A DNA stretch of 64,000 nucleotides from an uncultured Candidatus Berkelbacteria bacterium (GTDB lineage Bacteria; Patescibacteriota; UBA1384; UBA12157; JAENIV01): positions 189,492 through 253,491 of the forward strand of contig OY969116.1 in NCBI GenBank assembly GCA_963698075.1, given 5' to 3'. The position numbers were made by a program, and so were the translations under genes. A model generated the notes under the pieces. That model was not told the DNA's origin, did not search any database, and worked only from the letters and a program-made list of their open reading frames with translations. The first letter of the stretch is position 1; each line of letters starts with the position of its first letter. Below are positions 37,042 to 47,851 of the stretch, piece by piece.

Positions 37042-37508
37042 AAAACATCATTATTGCGATTTTGGTTTTGATCATTGTTGGTGTTGCCGGGTGGGGTTTT
37101 TATCAAGGATACAAAGTAAAATCTTACGCCAAGGAAATTAAGGGCATCATCGACCAAAGTACAAGTAAATGGACATATAACCAAATTACTATCAAGGGTT
37201 ATAATAGTAAGGCGGAGATGGAGACTGACGCCAATTTAGTCGTTAGCGATTCGAAAGAACAATTAGCCAAATTAGACAAATTAAACTTTTCTTCAAAAAC
37301 CGCTGCTCTCGAGCAAAAAACAAAAGATTATTTTAATACTGCTGTTATCGCCGGCCAAAAAGCCCAGGAACTATTGAAAACCAATGCTTTTACGGATCTA
37401 ATTTCAACCCCGTTAGTGACTGCCGAGCAAGAAACTATTTTACAAACTTATCCTGACCAAATCAAATCCGAAGCGCAAAACCTACAAAAAACTATTTTTA
37501 CTTTTTAA
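37038..37508 (+). CDS. membrane-anchored helical hypothetical protein
   Basis: ATGA overlap, N-terminal TM. Confidence 0.75.
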   Translation: MKNIIIAILVLIIVGVAGWGFYQGYKVKSYAKEIKGIIDQSTSKWTYNQITIKGYNSKAEMETDANLVVSDSKEQLAKLDKLNFSSKTAALEQKTKDYFNTAVIAGQKAQELLKTNAFTDLISTPLVTAEQETILQTYPDQIKSEAQNLQKTIFTF

Positions 37509-37524
37509 TCAAAGCGAGTACTAT

Positions 37525-37938
37525 TTACTTTTTCGAGAACTCAAAAATTTTTCGCGATAATTTAACCTCGCGGAAAATGTATTTTTTTTGCGGTTTGACA
37601 TCAGCTAAAATTTTAATTGGCAAATTAGCGTCCGTAATTAGCTTCTTTTCTAAGAGTGCTTTGATATCAATCCTTTCCCCATCTTTGAAATTTTTCTCTA
37701 ATGTTGACAATTTGACGATTTGGGGCTTAAGATTTCGGCTACGAAAGCCCTTAGCCTTGGGTATTCGCTGAATCCAGGGCATTTGGCCACCTTCAAAACG
37801 CCGGGGAATGTTGTAACCAGCTCGGGATTTTTGTCCCTTGGTCCCTCGACCGGCAGTGGTCCCCCGTCCGGAACCCGACCCTCGGCCCAACCTCTTTGCT
37901 TTTCGAGTTCTAATTTTTACCACTTGGTTTAATTTCAT
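37525..37938 (-). CDS. rplO: 50S ribosomal protein L15
   Basis: [29 protein letters not shown]. Confidence 0.97.
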   Translation of the reverse strand: MKLNQVVKIRTRKAKRLGRGSGSGRGTTAGRGTKGQKSRAGYNIPRRFEGGQMPWIQRIPKAKGFRSRNLKPQIVKLSTLEKNFKDGERIDIKALLEKKLITDANLPIKILADVKPQKKYIFREVKLSRKIFEFSKK

Positions 37939-38405
37939 CTGACCTCGCCTCGGGAAATGCGCTTTAAAGCTTCCATCGTCGCCTTAGCATTGTTGATTTT
38001 ATTGGCTGTCCCCAGAATTTTGGCAACAATATTTTTAATGCCCGCCAAATCGGCAATCGTTCTGATCGTGCCGCCGGCGACAATTGAAGTTCCTGGTCTG
38101 GCCGGTTTCAAAATTAAATGGGCCGATCCCATTTTAATATCGATGCGATTAGGAATCGTTCCATTGACAATTTTTACCTCAATCATATTTTTTTGGGCAA
38201 ATTTAGAAGCTTTAGCCACCGCATCAACGACTTCAGCAGCTTTACCAATGCCCATACCGACTTTGCCGGCGCGGTTACCCATAATCACCAGTGCCCGGAA
38301 GCGGATTCTTTTGCCTCCAGCCACCGTGCGGGCGACCCGATCAACTTGTAAAACCCGTTTTTCAAATTCGCTTTTTTCTTCTTGACGTCTCGGACGATAA
38401 TCCAT
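37935..38405 (-). CDS. rpsE: 30S ribosomal protein S5
   Basis: [18 protein letters not shown]. Confidence 0.97.
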   Translation of the reverse strand: MDYRPRRQEEKSEFEKRVLQVDRVARTVAGGKRIRFRALVIMGNRAGKVGMGIGKAAEVVDAVAKASKFAQKNMIEVKIVNGTIPNRIDIKMGSAHLILKPARPGTSIVAGGTIRTIADLAGIKNIVAKILGTANKINNAKATMEALKRISRGEVR

Positions 38406-38714
38406 TTAAAACTCCAAACCTTCTTTTCTTAAATCTTCAGCGATTTTTTTAATTTGGCCATGATATTTGTAACCCGCGCGGTCAAAAACGACTTTTTTGA
38501 TTTTTTTCGTCTTAAGCGCTTTAACAAATTTAGTCGCGATTGTCTCTTTATCTTTCAAAGTAGAAGCTGAAGCCAATGTCGTTTGCTTTTCATCATCAAT
38601 TGCCTGCAAATAAAGATATTTATTGGATCGATATACCGCTATTCGTGGCCGCTCAGCGGTCCCGAAAATCTTGGCTCTGATTCTTAATTTTCTTTTTAAC
38701 ATTCCGGGTTTCAT
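38406..38714 (-). CDS. rplR: 50S ribosomal protein L18
   Basis: [21 protein letters not shown]. Confidence 0.96.
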   Translation of the reverse strand: MKPGMLKRKLRIRAKIFGTAERPRIAVYRSNKYLYLQAIDDEKQTTLASASTLKDKETIATKFVKALKTKKIKKVVFDRAGYKYHGQIKKIAEDLRKEGLEF

Positions 38715-39265
38715 TGGGTCGCTCCAATGGCCGCTTTGGCCGCTTTACCCGGCTTGCGCCGCGGGATTTCCTCAAGATATTTAATGCCCTTTCCCTTATA
38801 AGGTTCGACTGGTTTTGCCGCTCTGATTTGGGCCGCTATTTGACCGACTTTTTGGGCATCAATACCTGAAACCGTAATTATATTTTTTTCGACTTTAAAT
38901 TCGATTTTGTCCGGAGCTTTTATTTCCACCGGGTGGGAAAAACCGACGTGCAAAACGAGCTTATCATCAGTTGCTTCCGCCCGAAAACCAACCCCTTTAA
39001 AATCAAGTTGCCTTACAAAACCAACGCTGACCCCTTGAATCATGTTGGCAATCAAAGCGCGAATCAGGCCGTGAAGCGAGCGGGTGTAGTTTCCGTGTCT
39101 TAAGCGCGTCACTTCTATTTGGGATCCCGAAACTTTGACGACAATATTTTTGGGAATTTTTAATTCTAGCTCACCCTTGGGGCCAATAGCTTTAATTGAA
39201 TCAGCGTCAAGTTCAACCTTGACGCCTGCCGGAATATTAATTTTTTGGATCCCAATTTTTGACAT
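38711..39265 (-). CDS. rplF: 50S ribosomal protein L6
   Basis: [20 protein letters not shown]. Confidence 0.97.
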   Translation of the reverse strand: MSKIGIQKINIPAGVKVELDADSIKAIGPKGELELKIPKNIVVKVSGSQIEVTRLRHGNYTRSLHGLIRALIANMIQGVSVGFVRQLDFKGVGFRAEATDDKLVLHVGFSHPVEIKAPDKIEFKVEKNIITVSGIDAQKVGQIAAQIRAAKPVEPYKGKGIKYLEEIPRRKPGKAAKAAIGATQ

Positions 39266-39658
39266 TTAGACCACCTCACCGATGAATTCCCCGCCTAAAC
39301 CCTTTTTTCGAGCTTCTTCTCCAGTCATCATCCCTTCGGAGGTCGAAAAAATCAAGAGACCCTTAGGGCTTTTCGGTCGCGGGATTCGCCCGTTTGAAGC
39401 ATAGACTCTTCGACCCGGACAACTGATCCTTTTGATTTGCATTCTTTGCGACGATTGTTCGGAAAGCTTTATTTCGATTTTTTTAGCCGCTGGCCGGTTT
39501 TTATCATCAATTTGGCGAAAACTATTGATTTTATGACTTCGCTGTAAAATATCTAAAATAGCCATTTTCACTTTGGAGAAGTGAACAGAAACTGTGTCTT
39601 TGCCAGCATTTTGGGCGTTTTGAATTTGGACAAACATTTCCGCAATTGGATCAGTCAT
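39266..39658 (-). CDS. rpsH: 30S ribosomal protein S8
   Basis: MTDPIAEM, RISCPGRRVY, GLGGE. Confidence 0.95.
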   Translation of the reverse strand: MTDPIAEMFVQIQNAQNAGKDTVSVHFSKVKMAILDILQRSHKINSFRQIDDKNRPAAKKIEIKLSEQSSQRMQIKRISCPGRRVYASNGRIPRPKSPKGLLIFSTSEGMMTGEEARKKGLGGEFIGEVV

Positions 39659-39667
39659 TTAATCTCC

Positions 39668-39853
39668 TTACCATGATGATTTTGTAATCCCAGGTATTTG
39701 ACCACGACTGGCTAATTCACGAAAACAAATTCGACAAATGCCAAATTTTCTCAAATAGCCTCGTCTTCGACCGCACCTCGTGCAACGTCTCACTACCCTA
39801 GTTGAAAATTTTGGTTTTCTTTTGGCTCTTTCAATCTGCGATACTTTAGCCAC
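39668..39853 (-). CDS. rpsN: 30S ribosomal protein S14 type Z
   Basis: RCTRCGR...[10 protein letters not shown]...KSSW. Confidence 0.96.
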   Translation of the reverse strand: MAKVSQIERAKRKPKFSTRVVRRCTRCGRRRGYLRKFGICRICFRELASRGQIPGITKSSW

Positions 39854-40388
39854 GTTCGCTCCTTTCAAACGGCAACCCCCAGGCCTTAAGGAGAGCTTTT
39901 CCTTCTTGGGCGTTTTTGGCGGTGGTGGTCATTGTGATTGCCAGACCAAACAAATTTTCCGCCTGTTCGGTGGAAATTTCCGGAAAAACTAGATGTTCGG
40001 CGATACCTAAAGTATAATTACCATTTTTATCGAAACTTGAGACTTTTAGCCCCCGAAAATCACGCATTCTGGGCAAGACAATATTGGCTAATTTAATCAC
40101 AAAATCTTCCATTCTTTGACCTCGGAGTGTTATTTGAAGTCCGACTTTATCACCCTGGCGAATCTTAAAACCGGCAATGGCTTGGCGGGCTCGACGGCTC
40201 GCTGGTTTTTGACCGGCCAGCGTCGCTAATGATTTTTCCACCTGCTCGATGTATCCCGGCTTAGCTTTATTTCTATCCACGCCAACATTGACGACCATTT
40301 TTTCGAGACGGGGCAAAGCTAAGGTATTTTTAATCCCCAACTCGCTTTTTAATTTTTCATTAACCTCTCGGCGCGAAATTTTAGGCAT
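39846..40388 (-). CDS. rplE: 50S ribosomal protein L5
   Basis: [20 protein letters not shown]. Confidence 0.97.
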   Translation of the reverse strand: MPKISRREVNEKLKSELGIKNTLALPRLEKMVVNVGVDRNKAKPGYIEQVEKSLATLAGQKPASRRARQAIAGFKIRQGDKVGLQITLRGQRMEDFVIKLANIVLPRMRDFRGLKVSSFDKNGNYTLGIAEHLVFPEISTEQAENLFGLAITMTTTAKNAQEGKALLKAWGLPFERSERG

Positions 40389-40692
40389 CTAAACTCTCCT
40401 TACACTGGCGACAAATGCGGATTTTTTTACCACTCGTCACTTTATAACCAATTCTTGATGGATGACTACAACGGGGACAAACGATGATCACATTTGAAGC
40501 GGAAATCGGCGATAGTTTATCGATGATCCCGCCATGGGGATTTTTACGAGATGGTTTTAAATGATGCTTGCTAATATTGATTCCTGTCACCATCACTTTG
40601 TCCATTTTCGGTAAAACTTTTTCGATTCGGCCACGCTTACCGCGATCCTTGCCGGAAATTATTAAAACATTGTCACCTTTTTTTAACTTCAC
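40381..40692 (-). CDS. rplX: 50S ribosomal protein L24
   Basis: [16 protein letters not shown]. Confidence 0.97.
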   Translation of the reverse strand: MKLKKGDNVLIISGKDRGKRGRIEKVLPKMDKVMVTGINISKHHLKPSRKNPHGGIIDKLSPISASNVIIVCPRCSHPSRIGYKVTSGKKIRICRQCKESLDA

Positions 40693-41057
40693 CAGACCTC
40701 CGTCGCCATTGAGATAATTTTAGCGAAACCCGCGTCTCGTAACTCTCGGGTCACTGGTCCGAAAATTCTTGTTCCGCGCGGGGTTTTGTCAGGATTGATT
40801 AAGACCACCGCGTTGTCATCGAATCTAATCGTCGTCCCATCATGGCGCTTGAGCGGACTCTTTTGCCTGACAATTACCCCCCGAACGACCTCTTTTTTCT
40901 TAACCGCGGAGTGAGGAGCAGCGATTTTGACGGCACCAACAATAATATCGCCGATTTTTAAGGCATCTTTTTTGGCCGCCGAAAGGCCACGAATCACCAT
41001 CACTTCCTTTGCTCCAGAATTATCGGCCACTTTTAAACGGGTGTAGCTTTGAATCAT
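40689..41057 (-). CDS. rplN: 50S ribosomal protein L14
   Basis: MIQ...[23 protein letters not shown]. Confidence 0.98.
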   Translation of the reverse strand: MIQSYTRLKVADNSGAKEVMVIRGLSAAKKDALKIGDIIVGAVKIAAPHSAVKKKEVVRGVIVRQKSPLKRHDGTTIRFDDNAVVLINPDKTPRGTRIFGPVTRELRDAGFAKIISMATEVW

Positions 41058-41308
41058 TTTGTCTTTATCATGCTCCGCACTTTCCAAGATTTCTTTTTAC
41101 TCAAAGGTCTTGTCTCGAGGATTTCCACGACCTGGCCCTTTTTAATTGGGTGGGCGGTATGGACCAAATATTTTCTGGCGGTCCAATATCTTTTTTGATA
41201 AAGCCGCTGAATTTTGATTTTGGCCACCAACACTGGAACCGTGTTATTGATACTATCGCGCAAAGCGGTGCCTTTTAAAACCCTTTGAATAATTTTCTTA
41301 TTTGGCAT
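41054..41308 (-). CDS. rpsQ: 30S ribosomal protein S17
   Basis: [11 protein letters not shown]; position in operon. Confidence 0.93.
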   Translation of the reverse strand: MPNKKIIQRVLKGTALRDSINNTVPVLVAKIKIQRLYQKRYWTARKYLVHTAHPIKKGQVVEILETRPLSKKKSWKVRSMIKTK

Positions 41309-41543
41309 TTTTTACCTCGGAAATTTTTTCTTTGTCTAATTCTTCAATTGTCCTCTCAGAAAGAATCGTCCAAATCCAAGCAATTTTTTTACGCATCGCC
41401 CCGATTTCTTGATAGTTTTTAAGCTTACGAAAACTGGCCTTGAATCGCAACTCAATAATTTGCCGCTCGGCTTGGGCTAATTCGGAAAACAAGGTTTTAT
41501 TATCTTTGCTTCTTAATTCTTTGATTAATAATTTCTTTTTCAT
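41298..41543 (-). CDS. rpmC: 50S ribosomal protein L29
   Basis: ELRF...[13 protein letters not shown]; position. Confidence 0.9.
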   Translation of the reverse strand: MKKKLLIKELRSKDNKTLFSELAQAERQIIELRFKASFRKLKNYQEIGAMRKKIAWIWTILSERTIEELDKEKISEVKNAK

Positions 41544-41947
41544 TGTCTTTTCACAAATTTGGTGGGGATATTTAATTTATAACTGGCCAATCTCAAGGCC
41601 TCGCGAGCAATATTTTCATTGACCCCGCCCATCTCAAAGAGAATTCTTCCCGGGGTAACCACGGCGACAAAGTGATCAAGGGTACCTTTTCCGCCACCCA
41701 TGCCCGTTTCCGCCGCGGTTTTGGTCACTGGTTTATCAGGGAAAATTCTCGTCCAGACTGCGCCGCCGCGGCGAATGTAATGGGTTATTGCCCGGCGGGC
41801 GGCCTCAATTTGACGAGCGCTCACCCAGGCACGACCAAGCGATTTCAAGCCATAATTACCAAAAGATAAGGTATAGCCGCGATTGGCCACGCCGCGCATT
41901 TTCCCTCGAGCGACTTTACGATGTTTTAATTTTCTGGGAATAAGCAT
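41540..41947 (-). CDS. rplP: 50S ribosomal protein L16
   Basis: [23 protein letters not shown]. Confidence 0.98.
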   Translation of the reverse strand: MLIPRKLKHRKVARGKMRGVANRGYTLSFGNYGLKSLGRAWVSARQIEAARRAITHYIRRGGAVWTRIFPDKPVTKTAAETGMGGGKGTLDHFVAVVTPGRILFEMGGVNENIAREALRLASYKLNIPTKFVKRQ

Positions 41948-41949
41948 CT

Positions 41950-42627
41950 TTAACCTTCAGATTCTTGCTCTAATTTATCACCCTTGTAAATCCAAACTTT
42001 GACGCCGATGATTCCATAGGTGGTCAAAGCATTAACCTGGGCAAAATCAATGTCCGCTCTGAGTCTTCCCAAAGGAACCGAACCAGCCCCATAATGCTCA
42101 CGGCGAGCAATTTCGGCGCCGCCGAGACGGCCGGCGACTGCAATTTTGACGCCTTTGGCTTTGGCCTCCATCGCTCTAGTGATTGCTTGTTTGATCGCCC
42201 GTTTGTAGGCAATTCTTTTTTCAATTTGTAAGGACACTTGTTGGGCAACGATTTCGGCGGAAAGCTCAGGATTTTTAATCTCCATGATTTCGATTTCGAT
42301 TTTTTTGGCGGCCAAACCGGTCTTGGGATTTCTAAGTTTGGCGCTATTACGGATTAAATAAAGCTTTAAATCATTGATTCCCTGCCCGCTTCGACCGATT
42401 AAAATACCCGGTTTGGAAGTGTGAATAATAACTTTGATGGTGTCTTGTGATCTAACAATTTCCACTTTCGCCACGCCGGCGGTTTTACCGAAACGTTTGG
42501 CTAAAATTTTTCTAATTTCAATATCTTCACCCAGATTTTGGGCAAAATCACGCTTGCCAAACCATTTTGACTGCCAGTCCTTGTTTAACTGGAGTCGGAA
42601 ACTAACGGGATTAACCTTATGACCCAC
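41950..42627 (-). CDS. rpsC: 30S ribosomal protein S3
   Basis: [28 protein letters not shown]. Confidence 0.98.
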   Translation of the reverse strand: MGHKVNPVSFRLQLNKDWQSKWFGKRDFAQNLGEDIEIRKILAKRFGKTAGVAKVEIVRSQDTIKVIIHTSKPGILIGRSGQGINDLKLYLIRNSAKLRNPKTGLAAKKIEIEIMEIKNPELSAEIVAQQVSLQIEKRIAYKRAIKQAITRAMEAKAKGVKIAVAGRLGGAEIARREHYGAGSVPLGRLRADIDFAQVNALTTYGIIGVKVWIYKGDKLEQESEG

Positions 42628-43060
42628 GATACGCTCCCTTCGGTCGCTCAATTTTTACTTTTTCGCTTTTAGCTTTTAGTTTAGGTTGTTCTGAAAGAAC
42701 AACCGTAATATGGGACATTCTTTTTAAGATAGTTGTTGCCCGCCCTCGATGAATAATTCGTCGTCTTTTCAATTTAGGGCCTTCGTCAACAATAATATTT
42801 CTAATCCAAATTTGATCATAATTTTTGTCCTTGGCCTGCGTAAGTCCATTCTTTAAAACCAGCTCCAAGGGCCTCGTCGCCGCCCGGGGAATAAACTTCA
42901 AGATATTTAAGGCGGTCTCCAATTCTTGACTGATAAGCTTCTCCGCGACTAACCTTATTTTACGCGGCGGAATTCTGACAAAGCGACTTTTAACCACTAA
43001 ATCCGGCTTTGGAGGTAAAGCGATATTTTTTGATTTTTTGATGGTTTTTATTTCTGCCAT
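42617..43060 (-). CDS. rplV: 50S ribosomal protein L22
   Basis: [21 protein letters not shown]. Confidence 0.96.
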   Translation of the reverse strand: MAEIKTIKKSKNIALPPKPDLVVKSRFVRIPPRKIRLVAEKLISQELETALNILKFIPRAATRPLELVLKNGLTQAKDKNYDQIWIRNIIVDEGPKLKRRRIIHRGRATTILKRMSHITVVLSEQPKLKAKSEKVKIERPKGAYRGS

Positions 43061-43072
43061 GGTATTTATTTA

Positions 43073-43429
43073 TTATTTCTTTTCTTCACCCGGCCGGGTT
43101 GGGGGCGTCTCTTGAGCTTGCTGAACCGATTGGGCTACTTTCTGGGCTTCAGCTTGTTCCTCTTCGCGGGCGATGCGACCACCATGTTTTATAAATTTTC
43201 TGGTCGGGGCGAATTCGCCCAATTTATGACCAACCATATCTTCAACTATCAATACCGGGATGTGTTCTCGACCATTATGAATTCCAATTCTAAAGCCAAC
43301 CATTTCTGGCGAAATCACCGAATTCCTTGCCCAGGTTTTAACCACGGTTTGATCGCCTTTTTTTATCTTGGCCAATTTCTTGATTAAATTTTCATCCAAA
43401 TACGGACCTTTTTTAAGTGAACGTGACAT
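43073..43429 (-). CDS. rpsS: 30S ribosomal protein S19 with C-terminal extension
   Basis: [22 protein letters not shown]. Confidence 0.98.
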   Translation of the reverse strand: MSRSLKKGPYLDENLIKKLAKIKKGDQTVVKTWARNSVISPEMVGFRIGIHNGREHIPVLIVEDMVGHKLGEFAPTRKFIKHGGRIAREEEQAEAQKVAQSVQQAQETPPTRPGEEKK

Positions 43430-43446
43430 TTTATTCCTTATTTATG

Positions 43447-43556
43447 TGGCCGCAGGGGATGTGTCTTCGCGAAGTGCCGGCGTCCCGAATCGCCGAAGGC
43501 GAATTCGAGACAGGGCTGGAGTGGGTGGCCGAGAGCGAAGGCACGACCCGAGGCCA
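43447..43556 (+). repeat. structured dispersed element, copy A
   Basis: Shares GGGGATGTGYC...GCGAARTGCCGG...GGGTGGCYGARAGCGAA..GGCACGACCCGAGGC with 46334-46468. Confidence 0.85.
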
Positions 43557-43560
43557 TTCA

Positions 43561-44391
43561 TTATTTCTTTCTCCTCTGGACAATCATTTTATCAGAATAT
43601 TTGTGTTTTTTCCGGGTACGAACGCCTGAAGCGTGTTTGCCCCATGGCGTCTTGGGATATTTTAAGCCAATCGGATTAACTCCTTCGCCCCCGCCGTGCG
43701 GATGGGCGTCAGGATGCATCGCTTTGCCGCGAACTGACGGCCGAATTCCCATATGACGCTTTCTGCCAGCTTTACCTATCCGCTGAGCCGAATGACTAAT
43801 ATTAGAAACTTGACCGATGCTTGCCCAGCCATCTTTCGAAAGTCTCCGAACCTCGCCTGAAGGCATTTTGATATGAACCCAACTCCCTTCTTTGGCGACG
43901 ATTGAAGCCGAAGCGCCAGCTGAACGTACCAGCTTGCCACCTTGACCAGGTTTGACTTCCAGATCAAAAATCTCAATGCCATTCGGGATATTGGCCATCT
44001 TTATACGATTACCGGCTTTAATTTCACCCTTTTCTTGGGCGACAAGGTGTTCATCAACTTTTACCCCTTCCCAAGCAATCAAATACTTTTTTTCTTTATC
44101 TTCAAACTCCACCAAAACCACAAAGGCGGTGCGGCCGGGATCATATTCGATTTCTTTTACCTTGGCCTTGACTTCTTTCTTGGTCTCGAGTGAACCCAAA
44201 ATCCGATACTTACGCTTGCTACCACCACCTTGGTGTCTGATACTAATCTGACCAGTGTTATCTCGACCAGCCTGTCGGGTGATTTTTAAAACCAAACCTT
44301 TTTCAGGTTTTCTGCGGGTTAAAACCGAGAAATCAACGACTGACATTTTTCGGCGTCCCTGGGTTGTGGGTCTGTATTGTTTTAACATCAC
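43561..44391 (-). CDS. rplB: 50S ribosomal protein L2
   Basis: IEYDPGRTA, RPSVRG, HPHGGGEG. Confidence 0.98.
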   Translation of the reverse strand: MMLKQYRPTTQGRRKMSVVDFSVLTRRKPEKGLVLKITRQAGRDNTGQISIRHQGGGSKRKYRILGSLETKKEVKAKVKEIEYDPGRTAFVVLVEFEDKEKKYLIAWEGVKVDEHLVAQEKGEIKAGNRIKMANIPNGIEIFDLEVKPGQGGKLVRSAGASASIVAKEGSWVHIKMPSGEVRRLSKDGWASIGQVSNISHSAQRIGKAGRKRHMGIRPSVRGKAMHPDAHPHGGGEGVNPIGLKYPKTPWGKHASGVRTRKKHKYSDKMIVQRRKK

Positions 44392-44666
44392 TTTTCCTCA
44401 AAGCCCGGAATTTTCTGACCTTTTTTTAAAGTGACAATTGCTTTCTTAAAAGGCTTGATTTTACTCCGATAACGACCTCTGGTTAATTTTTCTTCGCCGG
44501 GATTATGGATCATATTCACCTTGATGACTTTAACCTTGTACATCTCTCCGATTGCTTGGGCGACCTGGGCTTTGTTGGCCAGAGGGTGAATTTTAAAAAC
44601 ATATTTGCTCTGCTGGCTCATGCCGATCGCTTTTTCCGAAATTTTCGGTTCAATTAAGACTTGCAT
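44388..44666 (-). CDS. rplW: 50S ribosomal protein L23
   Basis: PKISEKA, KKAIVTL. Confidence 0.96.
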   Translation of the reverse strand: MQVLIEPKISEKAIGMSQQSKYVFKIHPLANKAQVAQAIGEMYKVKVIKVNMIHNPGEEKLTRGRYRSKIKPFKKAIVTLKKGQKIPGFEEK

Positions 44667-45280
44667 TTTTCCTCGATTGCTTCTAAACTTTCTTTGTCAG
44701 TCACCAGATAATCGTAATTTAAGATATCAATTAAGGTAAGACCGGAAACAGGAACCGTCTTAACATAAGGCAGGTTCGCGCTCGCCAGCTCTAAATTGAC
44801 ATTCGTTTTCGAAATGGCAATGAGAATACTGCCTTCCTGGATTGGTAATTTCTCCAAGAAACTTTGAACCTCGCGAGTTTTGGGCTCTTTTAATTCCAAC
44901 TTCGAAATCACAATGAGACGGTTATTTTTGATTCTGTCTGACAATGCCATTCTTAAGGCCGACTTGGCCATCTTTTGAGAAATTCTTTTGGAAAAATTAC
45001 GATTATTTCGCGGACCAAAAACCACCCCGCCGCCTACCCAAAGCGGAGAGCGATTCGAACCAGCGCGAGCGTTACCGGTGCCTTTTTGGCGAAAAGGCTT
45101 GCGACCGCCGCCAGAAACCTCGCTTCTATCTTTAGTATGAGCGATGGCGCGGCGGCGATTAGCTAACTGTCCTTGAACTACTTGGGCAAGAAGTTTTGGG
45201 TTTTCAGCCACTTTAAAAATCTTATCCTCAATTTCAATTGTTTGCCCTGATTTACTAGCGGGATATATCTTAAGCTTCAT
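44654..45280 (-). CDS. rplD: 50S ribosomal protein L4
   Basis: [24 protein letters not shown]. Confidence 0.98.
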   Translation of the reverse strand: MKLKIYPASKSGQTIEIEDKIFKVAENPKLLAQVVQGQLANRRRAIAHTKDRSEVSGGGRKPFRQKGTGNARAGSNRSPLWVGGGVVFGPRNNRNFSKRISQKMAKSALRMALSDRIKNNRLIVISKLELKEPKTREVQSFLEKLPIQEGSILIAISKTNVNLELASANLPYVKTVPVSGLTLIDILNYDYLVTDKESLEAIEEKCKS

Positions 45281-45872
45281 TTTGACTCCAAAGTTTTACC
45301 CAAGAATTTTTTGCTCCCGGCACTGCGCCTTTGATAAAGATTAATGATTTTTCGGGGTCTATTTTGATAATTTCGAGTTTTTTGATGGTCTTTTTTTGAT
45401 TGCCTAAATGACCGGCCATGCGGCGGCCTTTAATCACCCGTTGGGGAAACATTGATCCGATTGAGCCAGGTTGGCGATAATTATTGGATCCATGAGTCTT
45501 GGGACCTAGTGTAAATCCGTGGCGCTTGACGGTCCCAGCAAAACCCTTACCTTTGGATACGCCCGAAACATTGATTTTTTCTCCCTCCGCAAACAAATCA
45601 ACCTTGATTTGGGTACCAACCTGATGATTAGCAATCGTCTCTACCTCAAAGATTTTCTCCGGTCTCAATTTTAAACTCTCAAATTGACCCTTTTCGGATT
45701 TATTTAGTCGTTTTTTTTGACCAGCCGCTATTTGAATCCGGTTCTCCCTTTCGCCAGCCGTCACCCGGGTGACAGTATTGGTTTTTGCCTCAACTAAAGT
45801 AATCGGGATCTCGCGACCCTGTTTGTCAAATATTCTTGTCATTCCTAATTTTTTACCTAATATTGCACGCAT
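45270..45872 (-). CDS. rplC: 50S ribosomal protein L3
   Basis: GKKLGMT, SKGKGFAG, KGAVPG. Confidence 0.98.
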   Translation of the reverse strand: MRAILGKKLGMTRIFDKQGREIPITLVEAKTNTVTRVTAGERENRIQIAAGQKKRLNKSEKGQFESLKLRPEKIFEVETIANHQVGTQIKVDLFAEGEKINVSGVSKGKGFAGTVKRHGFTLGPKTHGSNNYRQPGSIGSMFPQRVIKGRRMAGHLGNQKKTIKKLEIIKIDPEKSLIFIKGAVPGAKNSWVKLWSQNEA

Positions 45873-45958
45873 AAATACTCTTTATCCGGAAACGCCCCAC
45901 ACTCTAGCGAGACATTATCCTGACTACTTTCTGAACTAAATTATTACTTTTTACTTAC

Positions 45959-46321
45959 TTAGGTTTTAATCTCGATATCAACTCCGGCTGGCAAATCAAG
46001 ACTCATGAGTGAATCAATCGTTTTTGCCGAAGGATCATAAACATCAATTAATCTTTTATGAATCCGCATCTCGAACTGTTCCCGGGCGTCTTTGTGAACA
46101 AAGGTAGACTTTAGAACCGTCACCTTATTCTTTTCCGTTGGCAAAGGGATCGGGCCGGTGACAACCGCACCAGTTCTTTCGGCGGTTTCAATAATTTTGC
46201 GCGCCGATTTATCGATAATTCGATGATCATAGGCCTTAAGCCGAATGCGAATTTTCTGTTTGACTTCCGGTACCTCTTTTTTGGATACTGTGGATGTAGT
46301 TTTTGAAGTACTCTTTGGCAT
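45959..46321 (-). CDS. rpsJ: 30S ribosomal protein S10
   Basis: [24 protein letters not shown]. Confidence 0.98.
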   Translation of the reverse strand: MPKSTSKTTSTVSKKEVPEVKQKIRIRLKAYDHRIIDKSARKIIETAERTGAVVTGPIPLPTEKNKVTVLKSTFVHKDAREQFEMRIHKRLIDVYDPSAKTIDSLMSLDLPAGVDIEIKT

Positions 46322-46333
46322 GTGAACGTTTTA

Positions 46334-46468
46334 CGCCGAGGGGATGTGCCTGAGCGAAATGCCGGTCTCGATTACGCTCCGTCTTTGGCGAGTCACGCAT
46401 GAGCCAAAACGGAAGTAATCGAGTAGGTTGGCTAGGGTGGCTGAAAGCGAATGGCACGACCCGAGGCG
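46334..46468 (+). repeat. structured dispersed element, copy B
   Basis: Same conserved blocks as 43447-43556 with a different central hairpin. Confidence 0.85.
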
Positions 46469-46483
46469 ATAATTTATCTAAAT

Positions 46484-47671
46484 TTACTTTACTATCTTTG
46501 TTACTACTCCTGCTCCAACGGTTTTACCCCCTTCACGAATGGCAAACCGCATTCCTTCTTCCATGGCCACTGGCTGGAGCAATTTGACTTTGAATTTAAT
46601 CGTGTCCCCTGGCATGACCATTTCCGTGTCCGCTGGCAGTTCAACTTCGCCGGTAACGTCAGTTGTCCGAATATAAAATTGGGGCTTATAACCTTTAAAG
46701 AACGGCGTGTGACGTCCACCTTCCTCTTTGGTTAAGACGTAAACTTCTGATTCGAATTCGGTGTGTGGGGTAATCGACCCAGGTTTGGCTAAAACTTGGC
46801 CGCGCTCAACATCTTCTCGCTCGACACCACGAAGTAAGGCGCCGATGTTATCGCCGGCAATTCCTTCATCAAGCTGCTTTTTAAACATCTCGACGCCGGT
46901 AACAACCACTTTTTTAGTCGGTTTGAGACCCACAATTTCTACTTCTTCATTAACTTTAACTTTACCGCGTTCGATTCGACCGGTAGCCACCGTGCCCCGT
47001 CCTTTAATCGAGAAAACGTCTTCGACCGCCATCAAGAAGGGTTTTTCCACATCCCGTTTTGGTTCAGGGACGAATTCATCAAGAGCCTTGAGTAATTCTT
47101 CAATTGATTTTTCCCCTTCGGCGTCGCCTTCAAGGGCTTTGAGAGCCGAGCCTTTTATAATCGGGGTCTCATCGCCGGGAAATTCATATTTTTTCAAGAG
47201 ATCGCGAACTTCCATTTCAACTAATTCCAAAAGTTCTTTATCGGTCACTTGATCAACCTTATTTAGATAAACCACAATTGACGGCACTCCCACCTGACGG
47301 GCTAACAGGATATGCTCGCGAGTTTGCGGCATTGGACCGTCAGCAGCCGAGACCACCAAAATCGCTCCATCCATCTGCGCCGCTCCGGTGATCATATTTT
47401 TGACATAGTCAGCGTGACCCGGGCAGTCAACGTGAGCATAATGACGTTTATCGGTTTCGTACTCAACATGACAAGTAGCAATCGTGATCCCGCGTTCTTT
47501 TTCTTCTGGAGCATTGTCAATTTGATCAACTGTCCGCGGCTCGGCCAAGCCTTTTTTGGACTGAATTTTCAAAATCGCCGCGGTTAACGTTGTTTTGCCG
47601 TGGTCAACATGACCAATGGTTCCCACATTAACATGGGGTTTCTTGCGTTCAAATTTTTTGGTCTCTGCCAT
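46484..47671 (-). CDS. tuf: elongation factor Tu
   Basis: [21 protein letters not shown]. Confidence 0.99.
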   Translation of the reverse strand: MAETKKFERKKPHVNVGTIGHVDHGKTTLTAAILKIQSKKGLAEPRTVDQIDNAPEEKERGITIATCHVEYETDKRHYAHVDCPGHADYVKNMITGAAQMDGAILVVSAADGPMPQTREHILLARQVGVPSIVVYLNKVDQVTDKELLELVEMEVRDLLKKYEFPGDETPIIKGSALKALEGDAEGEKSIEELLKALDEFVPEPKRDVEKPFLMAVEDVFSIKGRGTVATGRIERGKVKVNEEVEIVGLKPTKKVVVTGVEMFKKQLDEGIAGDNIGALLRGVEREDVERGQVLAKPGSITPHTEFESEVYVLTKEEGGRHTPFFKGYKPQFYIRTTDVTGEVELPADTEMVMPGDTIKFKVKLLQPVAMEEGMRFAIREGGKTVGAGVVTKIVK

Positions 47672-47708
47672 TGAAGCTCCTTCAAAATTAAATTAATTTT
47701 ACTAAATA

Positions 47709-47737
47709 ATTTTAATATAATTTAGGGTATATGTCAA
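47709..47737 (-). promoter_or_regulatory. sigma70 promoter for tuf-S10
   Basis: TTGACA-17-TAAAAT. Confidence 0.8.
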
Positions 47738-47851
47738 TATATACAGCTAAAAAACTCCCCTCAAGAACATCTTAACATAAAACCATAATTTCGTCAATAA
47801 TACTAAAAGATGTCCTCGCGAATTGCGGAGACATCTATGTTCAGAATGGGG

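Noticed and set aside
43518-43550. GGGTGGCCGAGAGCGAAGGCAC resembling a class II tRNA D arm
   Set aside because: No T arm, anticodon arm or acceptor pairing; it is part of the repeated structured element
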